Shown here piece by piece: positions 1 through 9,702 of a stretch of DNA of 51,416 nucleotides. The notes under the pieces are model-generated. The model worked only from the letters and a program-made list of their open reading frames with translations, searched no databases and was not told the DNA's origin. Positions within the stretch are counted from its first letter, which is position 1; each line of letters starts with the position of its first letter. The DNA lies in contig CAIXCS010000036.1 of NCBI GenBank assembly GCA_903918025.1, forward strand, positions 1 to 51,416, written 5' to 3'. A program made the position numbers and the translations under genes. The DNA is from an uncultured Actinomycetes bacterium (lineage in GTDB: Bacteria; Actinomycetota; Acidimicrobiia; Acidimicrobiales; RAAP-2).

Positions 1-292
1 CTTCAACAACGTTCACGGATCCACGAGCGCTCCGAACGGTGAGCAAACTGGCGATTGCTCCAAGAAGAAACACCACAACGACTGCGGTTCTCGGTGGAAT
101 CACCAAAACCAAAAGCGGAACCGCGAGGAGCGCGAATCCAAATCCCACCAGCGATTGAAGAAAAGCGGCCAACCCAACAATGACCACCACGAGAACCGTC
201 GTCAAGAGAGGCTCTCCAAGAATCGTTGTTGCGAGAACTGGCTGCACCGATCCATCTTCCTCGATGGACTCGAGCCATCGTGACGTCGCCAT
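1..292 (-). CDS. TauE/SafE (TSUP) family membrane transporter, N-terminal part; the gene runs off the left edge
   Basis: My own minus-strand translation from the ATG at 292-290 gives MATSRWLESIEEDGSVQPVLATTILGEPLLTTVLVVVIVGLAAFLQSLVGFGFALLAVPLLVLVIPPRTAVVVVFLLGAIASLL... and stays open to position 1. The hydrophobic helices and the LxGFGxxLLxVPLL-type motif are typical of TSUP N-termini. It is absent from the ORF track (no stop in the window). Track ORF 3..323(-) is a different, Arg-rich frame. Confidence 0.55.
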   Translation of the reverse strand, partial: MATSRWLESIEEDGSVQPVLATTILGEPLLTTVLVVVIVGLAAFLQSLVGFGFALLAVPLLVLVIPPRTAVVVVFLLGAIASLLTVRSARGSVNVVE

Positions 293-343
293 TGGTGGAA
301 CTGCGTCGGCGCCCGTAGTGCACCTCAATGACTTGCTCACTAC

Positions 344-2653
344 CTACGCGTCGTCATCACCTTCGGCGTCGTCATCACCTTCGTTGTCGTCTTCGTCGTA
401 GACCTGAGGGGCCACTCGAGGTCGGTGGCGCTTCAGCCAATCGCCCAGTACTCGGACCATGCCACCGAAGAACACCAATGCCGAAATTCCTGATGCAGCG
501 AGAGCCAAGGGAACGTGCTTCGGGAGGAACCGAAACACAATCGAATGCGTCCCAGCGCTGAGTGAAACTGCTTGGAACGTCTTGTTCACCGTCCGAATAT
601 CGGTGCTGGCTCCGTCAACGGTCGCTGACCAACCAGGCATTGAGAGTTCATGTCGAGTGAGCACGCCTGGTTCACCACACACGGCATTGGCGCGATTGAT
701 ATCAAGCACTTGAATGGTGCAGCCAGGAGTCGCTACGTAGAGCGGGGTTGGGTTCGGCAACTCCGAAATGACGACCTGTGCATCGCGGTAGACGACCGGA
801 AATTGGAGATGCGCAAACGGAGCCTTCGGGGAGCCATCGTTACTCGTCACGACGTAGCGAACTCCACTTGCGGCAAAGGCATGCCACCGTTGCTCAAAGG
901 CATGGAGCGCGGATTGCCCATGCGGATCCTCACGATTTGCACCGTTGAACACATCGGCGATTGCGTTGGGGTCAAGGTGGTCATGCACCGCATTGAGAAA
1001 TGCCTTCGGGATTGGAAGATCATTCACGTTGATTGATGCCAAACCGAAGTAGGAGCCGTAGTTCGCCTGTGGCACGCCAAGGCCGTAGTACCGATAATCA
1101 CCGAGATGTGTTTTCAAGAACTGAATAGAGCCAATGCTCACCTTCGCTTGCTGTGGGGCGGCAAAGGTTGGAACAAGGAAACACGCGGTGAGATCAATGA
1201 CGAGAAGACTCGCAAGCACAACCTCGCGAAGTCGGCCTCGAAGGAGCATCGCAACGCCAAAACAGCAGAACGTGATGAGAAGCGGCCAAAGCACCCCAAC
1301 CCGAGTCAGGCCATCTTCTGCGTGAACCGCATGCAGGGTGGCTCGAAGTGCGGCAGCGCCCTGTGCAGACCACAGCAAGGCGCTCCCCGTCAAGGCGCCA
1401 GCAATGACGATCTCGACCTGGCTCACTACTCGTCGACGGAGATCATCTAGCGCGAAGGCGGCCAGCACGATCGCAGCGAATTCATACGACGTCGGGATGT
1501 AGCGAGAGAGCAACATGAGGTGCTCGCCGGGAATGAGGTTGAACACTGCGTGCACTCTCCCGAGCCCCCACGTTGCAGCCACCGCAACAACGACCCATGA
1601 GGCGAGTGCAACCCTGAGACTTCGAAGGCGAGCACCGAAGACGCCAACTGCCGCGAGGAAGAACAACGGTCCTCCGAGATATCCCCCAATACGTTCGCCC
1701 GCGGCAACAAGGGCTGGAACCATTGGTGAGGTTCCATTCCAAACAAGTCCATAGGAGTAGGGCATCAGCAGGAGCGGACGAGACTGCTGCGGGAGGTGTT
1801 GATCTCCGAAGAACTGACCAGTGTGGAGACCAGTTGAACCAACGGCAACGAGATCAAAGAACGCCACAATGATCGGAGACGCGAGCGCCAGACCCACCAC
1901 AACACCGAGGGCAACCCGTCGGAGAACAGCCCATCGTTCGCTCGGATTCGTTGTGGCAGCACGCACTGCTGCCCAGATTCCAACCAACATGGCGTCGTAG
2001 AACGCAACTTCAGGAAAGCCGGCGGCAACGGCGCAGGCAAAGGCCACCACAATGAGCAGCCAACCTCCACGTCGCTGCTTCACAACCGCCGTGCGCGCGA
2101 GCTCGACACCGAGAATCGAGAGCGGAAGAAAGGCAACAGGATTGACGACCGCGTTGCCAAACCAGGCGAAGGTCCCGCAGAGTCCAAAGGCAATGCCACC
2201 TGCAGTTGCGGCGATTGTCGAGAGCCCGATTTTCCTCAAGACGAGCAACGTGGCTATTCCACCAATCGCCTCCAGCGCAAGGTGAAAGAGGAAAAGGCCA
2301 TTTGGGAGCGCTTGGAGCAGTGTCAGCGGTAAGAGGGTTGCCGATTGCAATTCACCAATGAGTGGCTGACCAAGTCCCTCGAGTGGATTCCACCAGGGGA
2401 TGTGCCCGTGGAGGAGCTGCGTGATTCCATAACGACCGAGCGCCTGCGAGGTGAAGCCAATATTCGGATCAATCGTCGGCATCCCACTCAACCAACCTGG
2501 AACGGTCACTTTGCCGAGACCAGAGAGTTGATAGATCGGATCCGGCGTGGAGATCTGGAGGAGGTAGAGGACGTTTCCGAGCAAAATGCCAACCAACACC
2601 GTGAGACTTCCGAGAAGCGTTCGATGGCGTTCAGTAAGCCCAAGTCTTCGCAT
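344..2653 (-). CDS. Large polytopic membrane protein, YfhO/GT-C-like topology (tentative)
   Basis: The track ORF is 344..2770(-) with a TTG start. I prefer the internal ATG at 2653 (MRRLGLTERHRTLLGSLTVLVGILLG: basic N-terminus followed by TM1). There are many TM helices over roughly the first 520 aa, then a soluble domain of about 230 aa, one last TM (LALAASGISALVFFGGMV) and an acidic tail (DEDDNEGDDDAEGDDDA). The family call rests on topology only. Confidence 0.5.
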   Translation of the reverse strand: MRRLGLTERHRTLLGSLTVLVGILLGNVLYLLQISTPDPIYQLSGLGKVTVPGWLSGMPTIDPNIGFTSQALGRYGITQLLHGHIPWWNPLEGLGQPLIGELQSATLLPLTLLQALPNGLFLFHLALEAIGGIATLLVLRKIGLSTIAATAGGIAFGLCGTFAWFGNAVVNPVAFLPLSILGVELARTAVVKQRRGGWLLIVVAFACAVAAGFPEVAFYDAMLVGIWAAVRAATTNPSERWAVLRRVALGVVVGLALASPIIVAFFDLVAVGSTGLHTGQFFGDQHLPQQSRPLLLMPYSYGLVWNGTSPMVPALVAAGERIGGYLGGPLFFLAAVGVFGARLRSLRVALASWVVVAVAATWGLGRVHAVFNLIPGEHLMLLSRYIPTSYEFAAIVLAAFALDDLRRRVVSQVEIVIAGALTGSALLWSAQGAAALRATLHAVHAEDGLTRVGVLWPLLITFCCFGVAMLLRGRLREVVLASLLVIDLTACFLVPTFAAPQQAKVSIGSIQFLKTHLGDYRYYGLGVPQANYGSYFGLASINVNDLPIPKAFLNAVHDHLDPNAIADVFNGANREDPHGQSALHAFEQRWHAFAASGVRYVVTSNDGSPKAPFAHLQFPVVYRDAQVVISELPNPTPLYVATPGCTIQVLDINRANAVCGEPGVLTRHELSMPGWSATVDGASTDIRTVNKTFQAVSLSAGTHSIVFRFLPKHVPLALAASGISALVFFGGMVRVLGDWLKRHRPRVAPQVYDEDDNEGDDDAEGDDDA
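348..383. repeat. Perfect 18-bp tandem duplication (gcgtcgtcatcaccttcg x2) inside the 3' end of the membrane-protein gene
   Basis: Positions 348-365 and 366-383 are identical and are followed by a degenerate third unit. On the minus strand they encode EGDDDA-EGDDDA in the acidic C-terminal tail. Confidence 0.9.
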
Positions 2654-2799
2654 TGCCACGATTGCAGACGCTGGCCAGGCGAGCTCGTGGTCGTCGGCCG
2701 CCGCGATGGTCACGTCGCATCGTAACTGACGAGATTGACTTGCCTCCGGTCGCCGGCAAGAAAATGGCAACTCGGTCCCGCATTCTCTAACCTCAGCCC

Positions 2800-3600
2800 A
2801 TGGAGCCCATCAGTGAAGACCCGACTGCCGACCTCTTGGTCGAGTACCTCGGGCCAGTCGCAGTCCTCACGCTCAATCGCCCAGAGGTTCGCAATGCGCT
2901 CAGTCCGAGATTTTGGGGTGAGATTGCCGAAGCAGTCACGCAACTGGACCAGAACCAGGAGATTCGAGTACTCGTTCTCACGGGAACAGATCCTGCCTTT
3001 TGTGCCGGGTTTGACCTTCGCGGCCTCAGTGATGAAGACGAAGGTGAGCGCAGCGATCGTCTAGCCCGTGAGAGCGCCTTTGTCGGCATGCTCCCACCGC
3101 ACGACATGCCGATCATCGCTGCGGTCAACGGGGCAGCGGTCACCGGAGGTTTAGAACTTGCCCTCTCCTGCGATGTTCTGCTCGCGTCGGACAAGGCTCG
3201 TTTCGCCGACACGCACGCAAAGGTTGGCGCCATGCCAGGAGGTGGACTCACCATGCTGCTTCCTGAGAGAGTCGGGCCCGGCCGCGCTCGTCGAATGAGC
3301 CTCACTGGAGTCTTCATCGACGCTGACACTGCGGCCCTTTGGGGTCTTGTCGATGACATTGTTCCTCATGACGAACTGCTGCCGCGTGCTCTTGAGCTCG
3401 CTCAACAAATGGCACAACTTGAGCCCGCAACCGTCGCTGAACTTCGTTCCATGTACGCAGCCTTCAGTGGGCGCTCTGGTCACGATGCTCTTGCTGAAGA
3501 GCAGGCGTGGGCGAAGCGGTGGATGGCCGATCGTTTCGACCGAGCTCGGCTTCGTGAGGACCGAGAACGCATCATTGAACAAGGTCGCACGATCTCATGA
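2800..3600 (+). CDS. Enoyl-CoA hydratase/isomerase (crotonase) family protein
   Basis: Crotonase hallmarks are present: LTLNRPEVRNALS, FCAGFDLRG and IAAVNGAAVTGGLELALSCD. The stop overlaps the next gene's start (ATGA at 3597-3600). Confidence 0.85.
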   Translation: MEPISEDPTADLLVEYLGPVAVLTLNRPEVRNALSPRFWGEIAEAVTQLDQNQEIRVLVLTGTDPAFCAGFDLRGLSDEDEGERSDRLARESAFVGMLPPHDMPIIAAVNGAAVTGGLELALSCDVLLASDKARFADTHAKVGAMPGGGLTMLLPERVGPGRARRMSLTGVFIDADTAALWGLVDDIVPHDELLPRALELAQQMAQLEPATVAELRSMYAAFSGRSGHDALAEEQAWAKRWMADRFDRARLREDRERIIEQGRTIS

Positions 3601-4628
3601 AGGTCTACGCCGGCATGGACCCTCGGCTTCCACTAGCTGAGGTGGCAGCACATGCACGAAGAATTCAGTCTCTTGGTTACGACGGGCTCCATGTCGCTGA
3701 AACGATTCATGACCCGTTCATGGTCTCGCTCCTCGCACTAGAAGCTACGACCGACCTCACGATTCGGACTGCGGTCGCCCTCGCGTTCACCCGAAGCCCA
3801 ATGCTGACGGCACTGTCGGCATGGGACCTCTCCGTGATGTCGAGTGGCCGTTTCCACCTTGGTCTCGGCAGCCAAATTCGTCAGAACATCGAGGAACGCT
3901 ATGGGATGCCGTGGAGTGAACCCATTGGCCGAATGCGCGACTACGTAGCGGCTGTTGAGGCGTGCTTTGCCAGCTTCGCTTCTGGCGATGCCTTGCGACA
4001 CGTGGGTCCGCACTACCAATTGACGAGACTTCAGCCCTATTTCAATCCTGGACCGGGTCCAGAGGTTGCCATCCCACCGCTGTATCTCGGTGGGGTCAAT
4101 CCTCGAATCTGTCAGTTGGCAGGCGAAGTCGCTGATGGCTTCGTGACCCACCCGACCAACTCTTCACCGCTCTACCTCGAGACCTCTTGTCTCCCGCATC
4201 TCTCGACTGGCCTCGCCGCTGCTGGTCGAGAACGTTCCAGCCTTGAGTTGGTCGTCGGGACTCAGGTCATCACTGGCCACAATGCTGTGGCGCTCGACGA
4301 GGAACGAGAACGACAACGGCGCCTCTTCGCGTTTCTGTACTCAACCCCCGCCTATGCCCCAACCTTGGCGCTCTATGGATGGGCGCACTTGACCAAGGAG
4401 CTTCAGCGCATTGTCCGAGACAATGCCTGGGACCGTCTCGAGCAGCTCGTGACCAATGACATCTTGGACACGCTCCTGCCAACTGGCCGAATCGACGAGC
4501 TTGCAGCGTTGCTCCTTGAGCGATTTTCAGGCTTGGCCGACGGGATCTTGCTCTCCGTCCCGAGTGACCCGGATCTTGACGCTGGTCTCAAGATCGCAAT
4601 CGCTCAGCTCAAGAACGGAGCAACATGA
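3597..4628 (+). CDS. LLM-class (luciferase-like) F420-dependent oxidoreductase
   Basis: The N-terminus (MKVYAGMDPRLPLAEVAAHARRIQSLGYDGLHVAETIHDPF) and GRFHLGLGSQ resemble actinobacterial luciferase-like monooxygenase / F420 oxidoreductases. The gene is translationally coupled to both neighbours. Confidence 0.75.
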   Translation: MKVYAGMDPRLPLAEVAAHARRIQSLGYDGLHVAETIHDPFMVSLLALEATTDLTIRTAVALAFTRSPMLTALSAWDLSVMSSGRFHLGLGSQIRQNIEERYGMPWSEPIGRMRDYVAAVEACFASFASGDALRHVGPHYQLTRLQPYFNPGPGPEVAIPPLYLGGVNPRICQLAGEVADGFVTHPTNSSPLYLETSCLPHLSTGLAAAGRERSSLELVVGTQVITGHNAVALDEERERQRRLFAFLYSTPAYAPTLALYGWAHLTKELQRIVRDNAWDRLEQLVTNDILDTLLPTGRIDELAALLLERFSGLADGILLSVPSDPDLDAGLKIAIAQLKNGAT

Positions 4629-5422
4629 TGTCGTCAAACCGACTGGACGGCAAGGTGGCCGTACTGACCGGCGCAGCTCGAGGTATTGGCGCTGCAACTG
4701 CACAACTCCTGGCCAACCTCGGGGCCCAGGTGATCGTGACGGACATTGACCTCGAGGGCGCCCAACACGTTGCCGACTCAATTCACCTGAATGGCGGCAC
4801 GGCGCTCGCACTGCGGTGCGACGTAGGTTCAACCGAATCGGTCAATGCCATGGTCGAGGCAGGTTGTTCCCACTTTGGTGGCATCGACCTCCTCGATCAC
4901 AATGCTGGTTGGACGAGTTTCAGACGAGACACCAACGCCCTTGAGATTGATCTTGCTACCTGGGATCAGGTGATCAACACCAATGCCACCGGAGCCCTCC
5001 GTCTCATCCAAGCAGTGGCGCCATCTATGCGGGCACGAGGTGGTGGAGCAATCGTGTTGATCTCGTCAGGTTCAGCGGCCATTGGTGAACATGCCCGGCT
5101 TGCCTACGGCGTGTCAAAGGCTGCCATTGAACAACTCAACCGTCACGTCGCTGCACGATTTGGTCGTGATGGCATCCGTTGCAATGTCATTGCTCCAGGA
5201 ATGATCCTCACCGAAACTGCTGCCAGCCAAATCAGCCCACCAGCACTTGAACGTCTTGCTCAGGAGAACCCTCTTGGTCGAGTCGGAACCCCCGACGACA
5301 TCGCAGAGGTCGTCGGCTTCCTGCTCTCAGATGCCGCTCGGTTTCTCACCGGCCAAGTCCTCAGGGTCGATGGTGGACTCACCATCGCCCCGAGGCTCGG
5401 CCCGTCTGCGGGCGCTCAGTAG
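4625..5422 (+). CDS. Short-chain dehydrogenase/reductase (classical SDR)
   Basis: It has the TGAARGIGAATA cofactor motif (TGxxxGIG), NAG, and a catalytic YGVSKAA (YxxxK). Confidence 0.85.
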   Translation: MMSSNRLDGKVAVLTGAARGIGAATAQLLANLGAQVIVTDIDLEGAQHVADSIHLNGGTALALRCDVGSTESVNAMVEAGCSHFGGIDLLDHNAGWTSFRRDTNALEIDLATWDQVINTNATGALRLIQAVAPSMRARGGGAIVLISSGSAAIGEHARLAYGVSKAAIEQLNRHVAARFGRDGIRCNVIAPGMILTETAASQISPPALERLAQENPLGRVGTPDDIAEVVGFLLSDAARFLTGQVLRVDGGLTIAPRLGPSAGAQ

Positions 5423-6771
5423 TTGATTGGACGCACCGCGATTTGCACGTAGTCGCTGCTGACCCCAAGCACGGATTGGCTGAAGGTTCCGGCATTGTCG
5501 CTAGTCGTCGCACTTGGATCGGTAATCGGTCCTTCGAGGAGCCACACCGGCAAGAGCCAAGACTCTCCATTGGCAAGGGAGTAGGTCTGGAGACCCATCG
5601 TTGCCTTGTTGATGGAGACGGTCAACGCGGGAGGGGTTTGCTCGGGCGAGGTCGTTGGGGTCGAATCCGCCGCGCCGCTGGTTGCTCCAGGTGTCGGAGC
5701 AACTGGAGCAAGAGCCGGAGCCACCACATCTGCTCCCAACACTGGACCACCACTCGTTCCCTTGCTCAGCTGAGCGATGGCATCCGTCGCGGAGATGGTT
5801 GGATACGGCACCAGTCCACCAACCTGCGCATCGAAACCTGAAGCCGAGTAGGAACCGTCCGGGTTGTAGTCAACCGACGCGGTGAGGTCGGTTGCAAGCC
5901 CATCAACCATGAGCGAGAAGCTGACATAGGAGCCACCGGTGTCAAGCGATTGCACCTGGGCATTCCCAAGGTCACCGAAACCACCAACTTGATCCAGCAC
6001 TGCTCGAGCGTCACTGATGGCCTGATCACTCGACAGCGCAGGAGGTGTCGGTACTGGTGGCACCGTCGAATCTGGAGTCACTGCAGGAGCTGGCGTGGTC
6101 ACAGGATTGTTCGGATCCACAACAACATTCTGTTGACCCATCCATCCCTTCAAGGTCCGGACATCGGGAGCCATTGGACTCGGTGGCTGGAAGTCCCACC
6201 GGAGAATGCCGCCATCCTTCCAAACCTGAACGTAGGAGCCATCGGTGCCGGAAATCATGTAGTTACCGTTCGTTGCATCTCTCATGCCAGTGACGTGGAA
6301 GACCGAACCGAGATGATCAAGCAAGGTCGCTGGATCACTCGAAGCGGTGAGTTGGTGCGAACCCGAGCCACCGCCTTCAACCACGAGATCTGGACTGGTG
6401 GTGAAGGTGTAGGGACGGTAGAGCCGCATCATCCCCATTGACGGGACGGTGGTGGATGCATCTGAGGGCGCGAGCGCAGCATCGCCAGACGCGCCAACCT
6501 TTGGCGAGGCACCGATGGCGAGTACTGGGAGATCTGGACCAATGGAACCGAGTCCGACAATCAAGGCAATGACTGCCGCAGCTGAACCAAGTGAGGCAAC
6601 TGACGCCGTCGCGGCATAGCGACCACGCGTCCATATCGAAGGATTTGGCATGGACGTGGCATTGCGGACCATTCGGTCAACGGCAAAAGAATTCGCCGAA
6701 ACTGGCTCGGGCTCAGGGTCGAAGGCTCGAACCTCGTTCAGCAGGGGATCCGTTTCGTGCAGCTCGTCCAT
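5416..6771 (-). CDS. Single-pass membrane protein, putative anti-sigma factor partner of the upstream ECF sigma
   Basis: It lies immediately downstream of the ECF sigma gene on the same strand. A short cytoplasmic N-terminus is followed by one TM (ASVASLGSAAAVIALIVGLGSIG) and a large extracytoplasmic region of about 370 aa with Pro/Thr-rich linkers (PVTTPAPAVTPDSTVPPVPTPP). No HxxxCxxC zinc motif is visible. Confidence 0.5.
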   Translation of the reverse strand: MDELHETDPLLNEVRAFDPEPEPVSANSFAVDRMVRNATSMPNPSIWTRGRYAATASVASLGSAAAVIALIVGLGSIGPDLPVLAIGASPKVGASGDAALAPSDASTTVPSMGMMRLYRPYTFTTSPDLVVEGGGSGSHQLTASSDPATLLDHLGSVFHVTGMRDATNGNYMISGTDGSYVQVWKDGGILRWDFQPPSPMAPDVRTLKGWMGQQNVVVDPNNPVTTPAPAVTPDSTVPPVPTPPALSSDQAISDARAVLDQVGGFGDLGNAQVQSLDTGGSYVSFSLMVDGLATDLTASVDYNPDGSYSASGFDAQVGGLVPYPTISATDAIAQLSKGTSGGPVLGADVVAPALAPVAPTPGATSGAADSTPTTSPEQTPPALTVSINKATMGLQTYSLANGESWLLPVWLLEGPITDPSATTSDNAGTFSQSVLGVSSDYVQIAVRPINY

Positions 6772-6818
6772 GACGGGCTCCTTTCATTGGTTCGTCAATG
6801 AGGAGATGTCGCGGACCG

Positions 6819-7322
6819 TCAGAAACTTTCCACTTTCTTTGCATCAAGTTGTGTCTGGAGTTTCGCCTTGGCCTTTGACAAACGAATCGCCGCCGCATTT
6901 TCCGAGACGCCAAGGGCAATTCCAAGTTCCTGTGGGCCGAGCCCTTCCCAAGCGCTCAGGAGCAAGGCTTCACGTTCTTGAGCCTTGAGTGCTGCGAGGC
7001 CACTCCTCATTGCTCCGACTGCCAGTGCTTCATCTTCTGCACTCGGAGAATCACCTCTAGGCCGCAGTCTGACAATCAACTCTTTCCTTCTGCCTTGCTT
7101 GCGTCGATCGTTCGCAAGGCAGCGCTGAGCCACGTTGATCAGCCAAGGGCCTTCAAGTCCCGCTGGGATGTCGTCAAATTTGCGCCAAGCGACAAGAAGG
7201 ACCTCCGCAAGGACGTCGTCGGCCGAGGTTGCACCACTTCCGTCATGGCGTCGACGGAGGTAGCGGAGCAGACTGCTCGAATGCTCGTGGGCCAAGGCGC
7301 TGAAGCGTTCCTCACGTGTCAC
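6819..7322 (-). CDS. ECF-type RNA polymerase sigma-70 family factor
   Basis: Region 2-like (LLRYLRRR...DDVLAEVLLVAWRKFDDI) and region 4 HTH (EREALLLSAWEGLGPQELGIALGVSENAAAIRLSKAKAKLQ) sequences are present. The track ORF extends to 7457 through an Arg/Cys-rich leader. I prefer the GTG at 7322 (VTREERFSALA), which is preceded by gaaagg. Confidence 0.8.
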   Translation of the reverse strand: MTREERFSALAHEHSSSLLRYLRRRHDGSGATSADDVLAEVLLVAWRKFDDIPAGLEGPWLINVAQRCLANDRRKQGRRKELIVRLRPRGDSPSAEDEALAVGAMRSGLAALKAQEREALLLSAWEGLGPQELGIALGVSENAAAIRLSKAKAKLQTQLDAKKVESF

Positions 7323-7455
7323 GGGTGACCTTTCGCTCTCGGCACCATATGGGCACCCTCGTACCGTAGATGTCTTGACGTCTCGTGTTCTTTCCAAACA
7401 TCTTGAAGCGTGCCTCCGCTCGCGACGTGATTGTCGACAACGGTACGCTCCATAC

Positions 7456-8109
7456 ATGGCAGACGAACTCCTCTACGACGCTGGAGACTTTGGGCCGTGG
7501 CTTCGATCCAAGCTCGATTCATCGATGCCTGATGCCGTCGTTGCCTGCGGAGACTGCTCTGCCTGTTGCTCGACCTTCGACGCAATTCCAATCGGGCGTG
7601 ACGAACACGCCACCTTGGCGGCGATTCCCTCGGAGTTCTTGCAGCGTGTTGAAGACCAGGCAACGGGAAAAGTGTTGCTCCTCACGTCAGAGACCCATGT
7701 CTGTCCGATGCTGCACGATGGTGCGTGCTCCATCTACAACGTTCGGCCGAAAGCCTGTCGGATCTTTGATTGCCGGACCATGGCGGCAGCTGACCTTGTC
7801 GACAAAGAAGGTCGGCACGCCGCCATGGGAGAGCGCGTCGACGAGTGGGTGTTCTCGTATGAGACCGATGAGGACCGGGCGAGGCAACTAGCGGTTCTCG
7901 ATGCGGTCGAATTCATCTACCGGCACCCGACCGCTTTTCGCTCACGAGGGTTTAGCTATGAACCCTCGTGGACCGCAACTCAAGCAATTCGAATTCATGA
8001 GTTGTTTCTGGGGAACAGAGAGAAGAACCAAGAGACGGAGATTCTCCTCATCTCAGAGTCCGTTGCCATCATGCGCCGGTGGGCAGACATCGAGCATCGG
8101 GTCGACTGA
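7456..8109 (+). CDS. YkgJ-family (CxxCxxCC) cysteine-cluster protein
   Basis: It contains CGDCSACC plus HVCPML...GACSIYNVRPKACRIFDC, the UPF0153/YkgJ zinc/iron cluster pattern. I chose the ATG at 7456 (MADELLYDAG) over the track start at 7375, which would overlap the sigma gene's upstream region. Confidence 0.7.
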   Translation: MADELLYDAGDFGPWLRSKLDSSMPDAVVACGDCSACCSTFDAIPIGRDEHATLAAIPSEFLQRVEDQATGKVLLLTSETHVCPMLHDGACSIYNVRPKACRIFDCRTMAAADLVDKEGRHAAMGERVDEWVFSYETDEDRARQLAVLDAVEFIYRHPTAFRSRGFSYEPSWTATQAIRIHELFLGNREKNQETEILLISESVAIMRRWADIEHRVD

Positions 8110-8180
8110 ACTCACACGGGGCAGACCTGCTCCCTCGTTCCATCTCCGACTACCGAGGAACGAGAAGCTTCGCTTGCTTC

Positions 8181-9614
8181 TTACGATTCCAGCGACGCGT
8201 CATGACGCTTGCTCTGGAGCCGTGCGGTGTAGATGGAGTAGCCGTCGACGTGTCGGACAATGACGGTCGCGATCACCGTTGCACAGAGCAAGGGAACCGA
8301 AAGACCGAATCCCGTATGGGTGAGTTCGGCGACAACCACCATCCCTGCCAAGGGCGCTTGCATGCTGGCGCCAATGGTCGCTGCCGCACCAATGAGTGCG
8401 AACGCTCCAAGTGGCGCTCCGGCCCAGACATGGTCCCAACCTGAACCAATCACCGAACCAAGCAGCGCTCCGGAAGCGAGGGCAGGAGTGAAGAGACCTC
8501 CTGCAGCTCCACCTTCTAAACACAGTGCAGTCACGAGGGGCTTCAACAAGAACAGTACGAGGAGCAAGCTCGGTGCCCCAATGCCAAGAAACGCATCATG
8601 CGCTAGACCGATTCCATTGCCGAAGAGTTGGGGATAGCGGATCCCAACCAGCCCAAGAATGCCGAAACACAGCGGCATGGCCCAGAGCACGTTCGCACCT
8701 TTTGCTCGATTGTGCGAAACCCAGCCAATCAGTCGGATGAACCCGAGGGCGAAGACACCAACGAGAATGCCAATCACGACGCTGCCGGTGAGGAGCGATC
8801 CATTCACCGTGAACGTTGGGACGTCGGCATAGAGCGCATGGTTTGGAAGGGTGAGCCACGAGACAAAGGTGGCGACCATCGAGCACGCCATCGCCGGCAG
8901 CACCGTTGGCAGGGCCAAACTGCCGCAGAGCACCTCGGCGGTGAACAGGGCTCCAGCAATCGGAACGTTGTACGCGGCCGCGAACCCAGCTCCAGCACCA
9001 CAAGCGACGATGAGTCGTCGCTGTGCTGAGGAGAGGTGGAACCAATTTGACAGAAGTGTGCCGGAAACTCCCCCCATCAACTTTGGCGCTGCTTCTCTTC
9101 CAATCGATGCACCAAGTCCGACGACGGTGACCGAGATGATCGACGTGAGGAAACTGCGCCGCAATGAGAGGTCTCCGTCGCCATTCCACACTGCTTCGTC
9201 AACCTCAGTGTGCTCATTTGGAAGGAAGCGGCGAATGCAGTACCACGCGACTCCCCCAATGACCCCAGCACAGAGCAGAACGACAACTCGTCTCGTGCCT
9301 GATGACGCTTCAACCGCAGCTTGATAGGTGGCGTGACCTGATCCGAAGGCAACTCGCTCGGCGAAGTGCAGTATCCCGAGGAGGAGATCGGCAAAGAGCC
9401 CGGCTCCAACGGACGTCAGGAGCAGTGCAAGCCAAAAGTTCTTGTTCAGGGCAGCGTCACCATCGTGCGTGGCATTGGGCTGTTCCATAGCGCCACGCCC
9501 TGAGGGAAGGCGCTTCTTGATCACCGGCTGAGGAATTCGCAGCCGCTCTGGAAGTGGCTCATCGGCCATTGGTCGGTCCTCCGCGCACGAGTCGAGCGTA
9601 GCCTCGTCGGTCAT
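8181..9614 (-). CDS. ClC-family voltage-gated chloride channel / H+-Cl- antiporter
   Basis: ClC signatures are present: GLGASIGREAAPKLMGG (GREGP-like), GAGAGFAAAYNVPIAGALFTAEVL and GGLFTPAL, with more than 10 TM helices. Confidence 0.85.
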   Translation of the reverse strand: MTDEATLDSCAEDRPMADEPLPERLRIPQPVIKKRLPSGRGAMEQPNATHDGDAALNKNFWLALLLTSVGAGLFADLLLGILHFAERVAFGSGHATYQAAVEASSGTRRVVVLLCAGVIGGVAWYCIRRFLPNEHTEVDEAVWNGDGDLSLRRSFLTSIISVTVVGLGASIGREAAPKLMGGVSGTLLSNWFHLSSAQRRLIVACGAGAGFAAAYNVPIAGALFTAEVLCGSLALPTVLPAMACSMVATFVSWLTLPNHALYADVPTFTVNGSLLTGSVVIGILVGVFALGFIRLIGWVSHNRAKGANVLWAMPLCFGILGLVGIRYPQLFGNGIGLAHDAFLGIGAPSLLLVLFLLKPLVTALCLEGGAAGGLFTPALASGALLGSVIGSGWDHVWAGAPLGAFALIGAAATIGASMQAPLAGMVVVAELTHTGFGLSVPLLCATVIATVIVRHVDGYSIYTARLQSKRHDASLES

Positions 9615-9702
9615 TCACGCCCGTGTCCAGGAGAAGGAGAGTTCTCCTGCCCGCCTTCGTTGGCTAGCGTCACGTTCTCAAACCGTTCTCGAGGAGTGTC
9701 AG

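Noticed and set aside
3-323. Track ORF of 106 aa on the minus strand at the left edge
   Set aside because: Its sequence is Arg/Ser/Trp-rich and not protein-like. A different minus-strand frame over the same DNA gives a convincing TauE/SafE-like TM sequence that stays open to the window edge.
348-383. The perfect 18-bp tandem duplication, considered as a regulatory or phase-variable element
   Set aside because: It lies within the coding sequence and merely duplicates EGDDDA in an acidic C-terminal tail. Only two units are present and they are in frame. It is noted as a repeat feature only.
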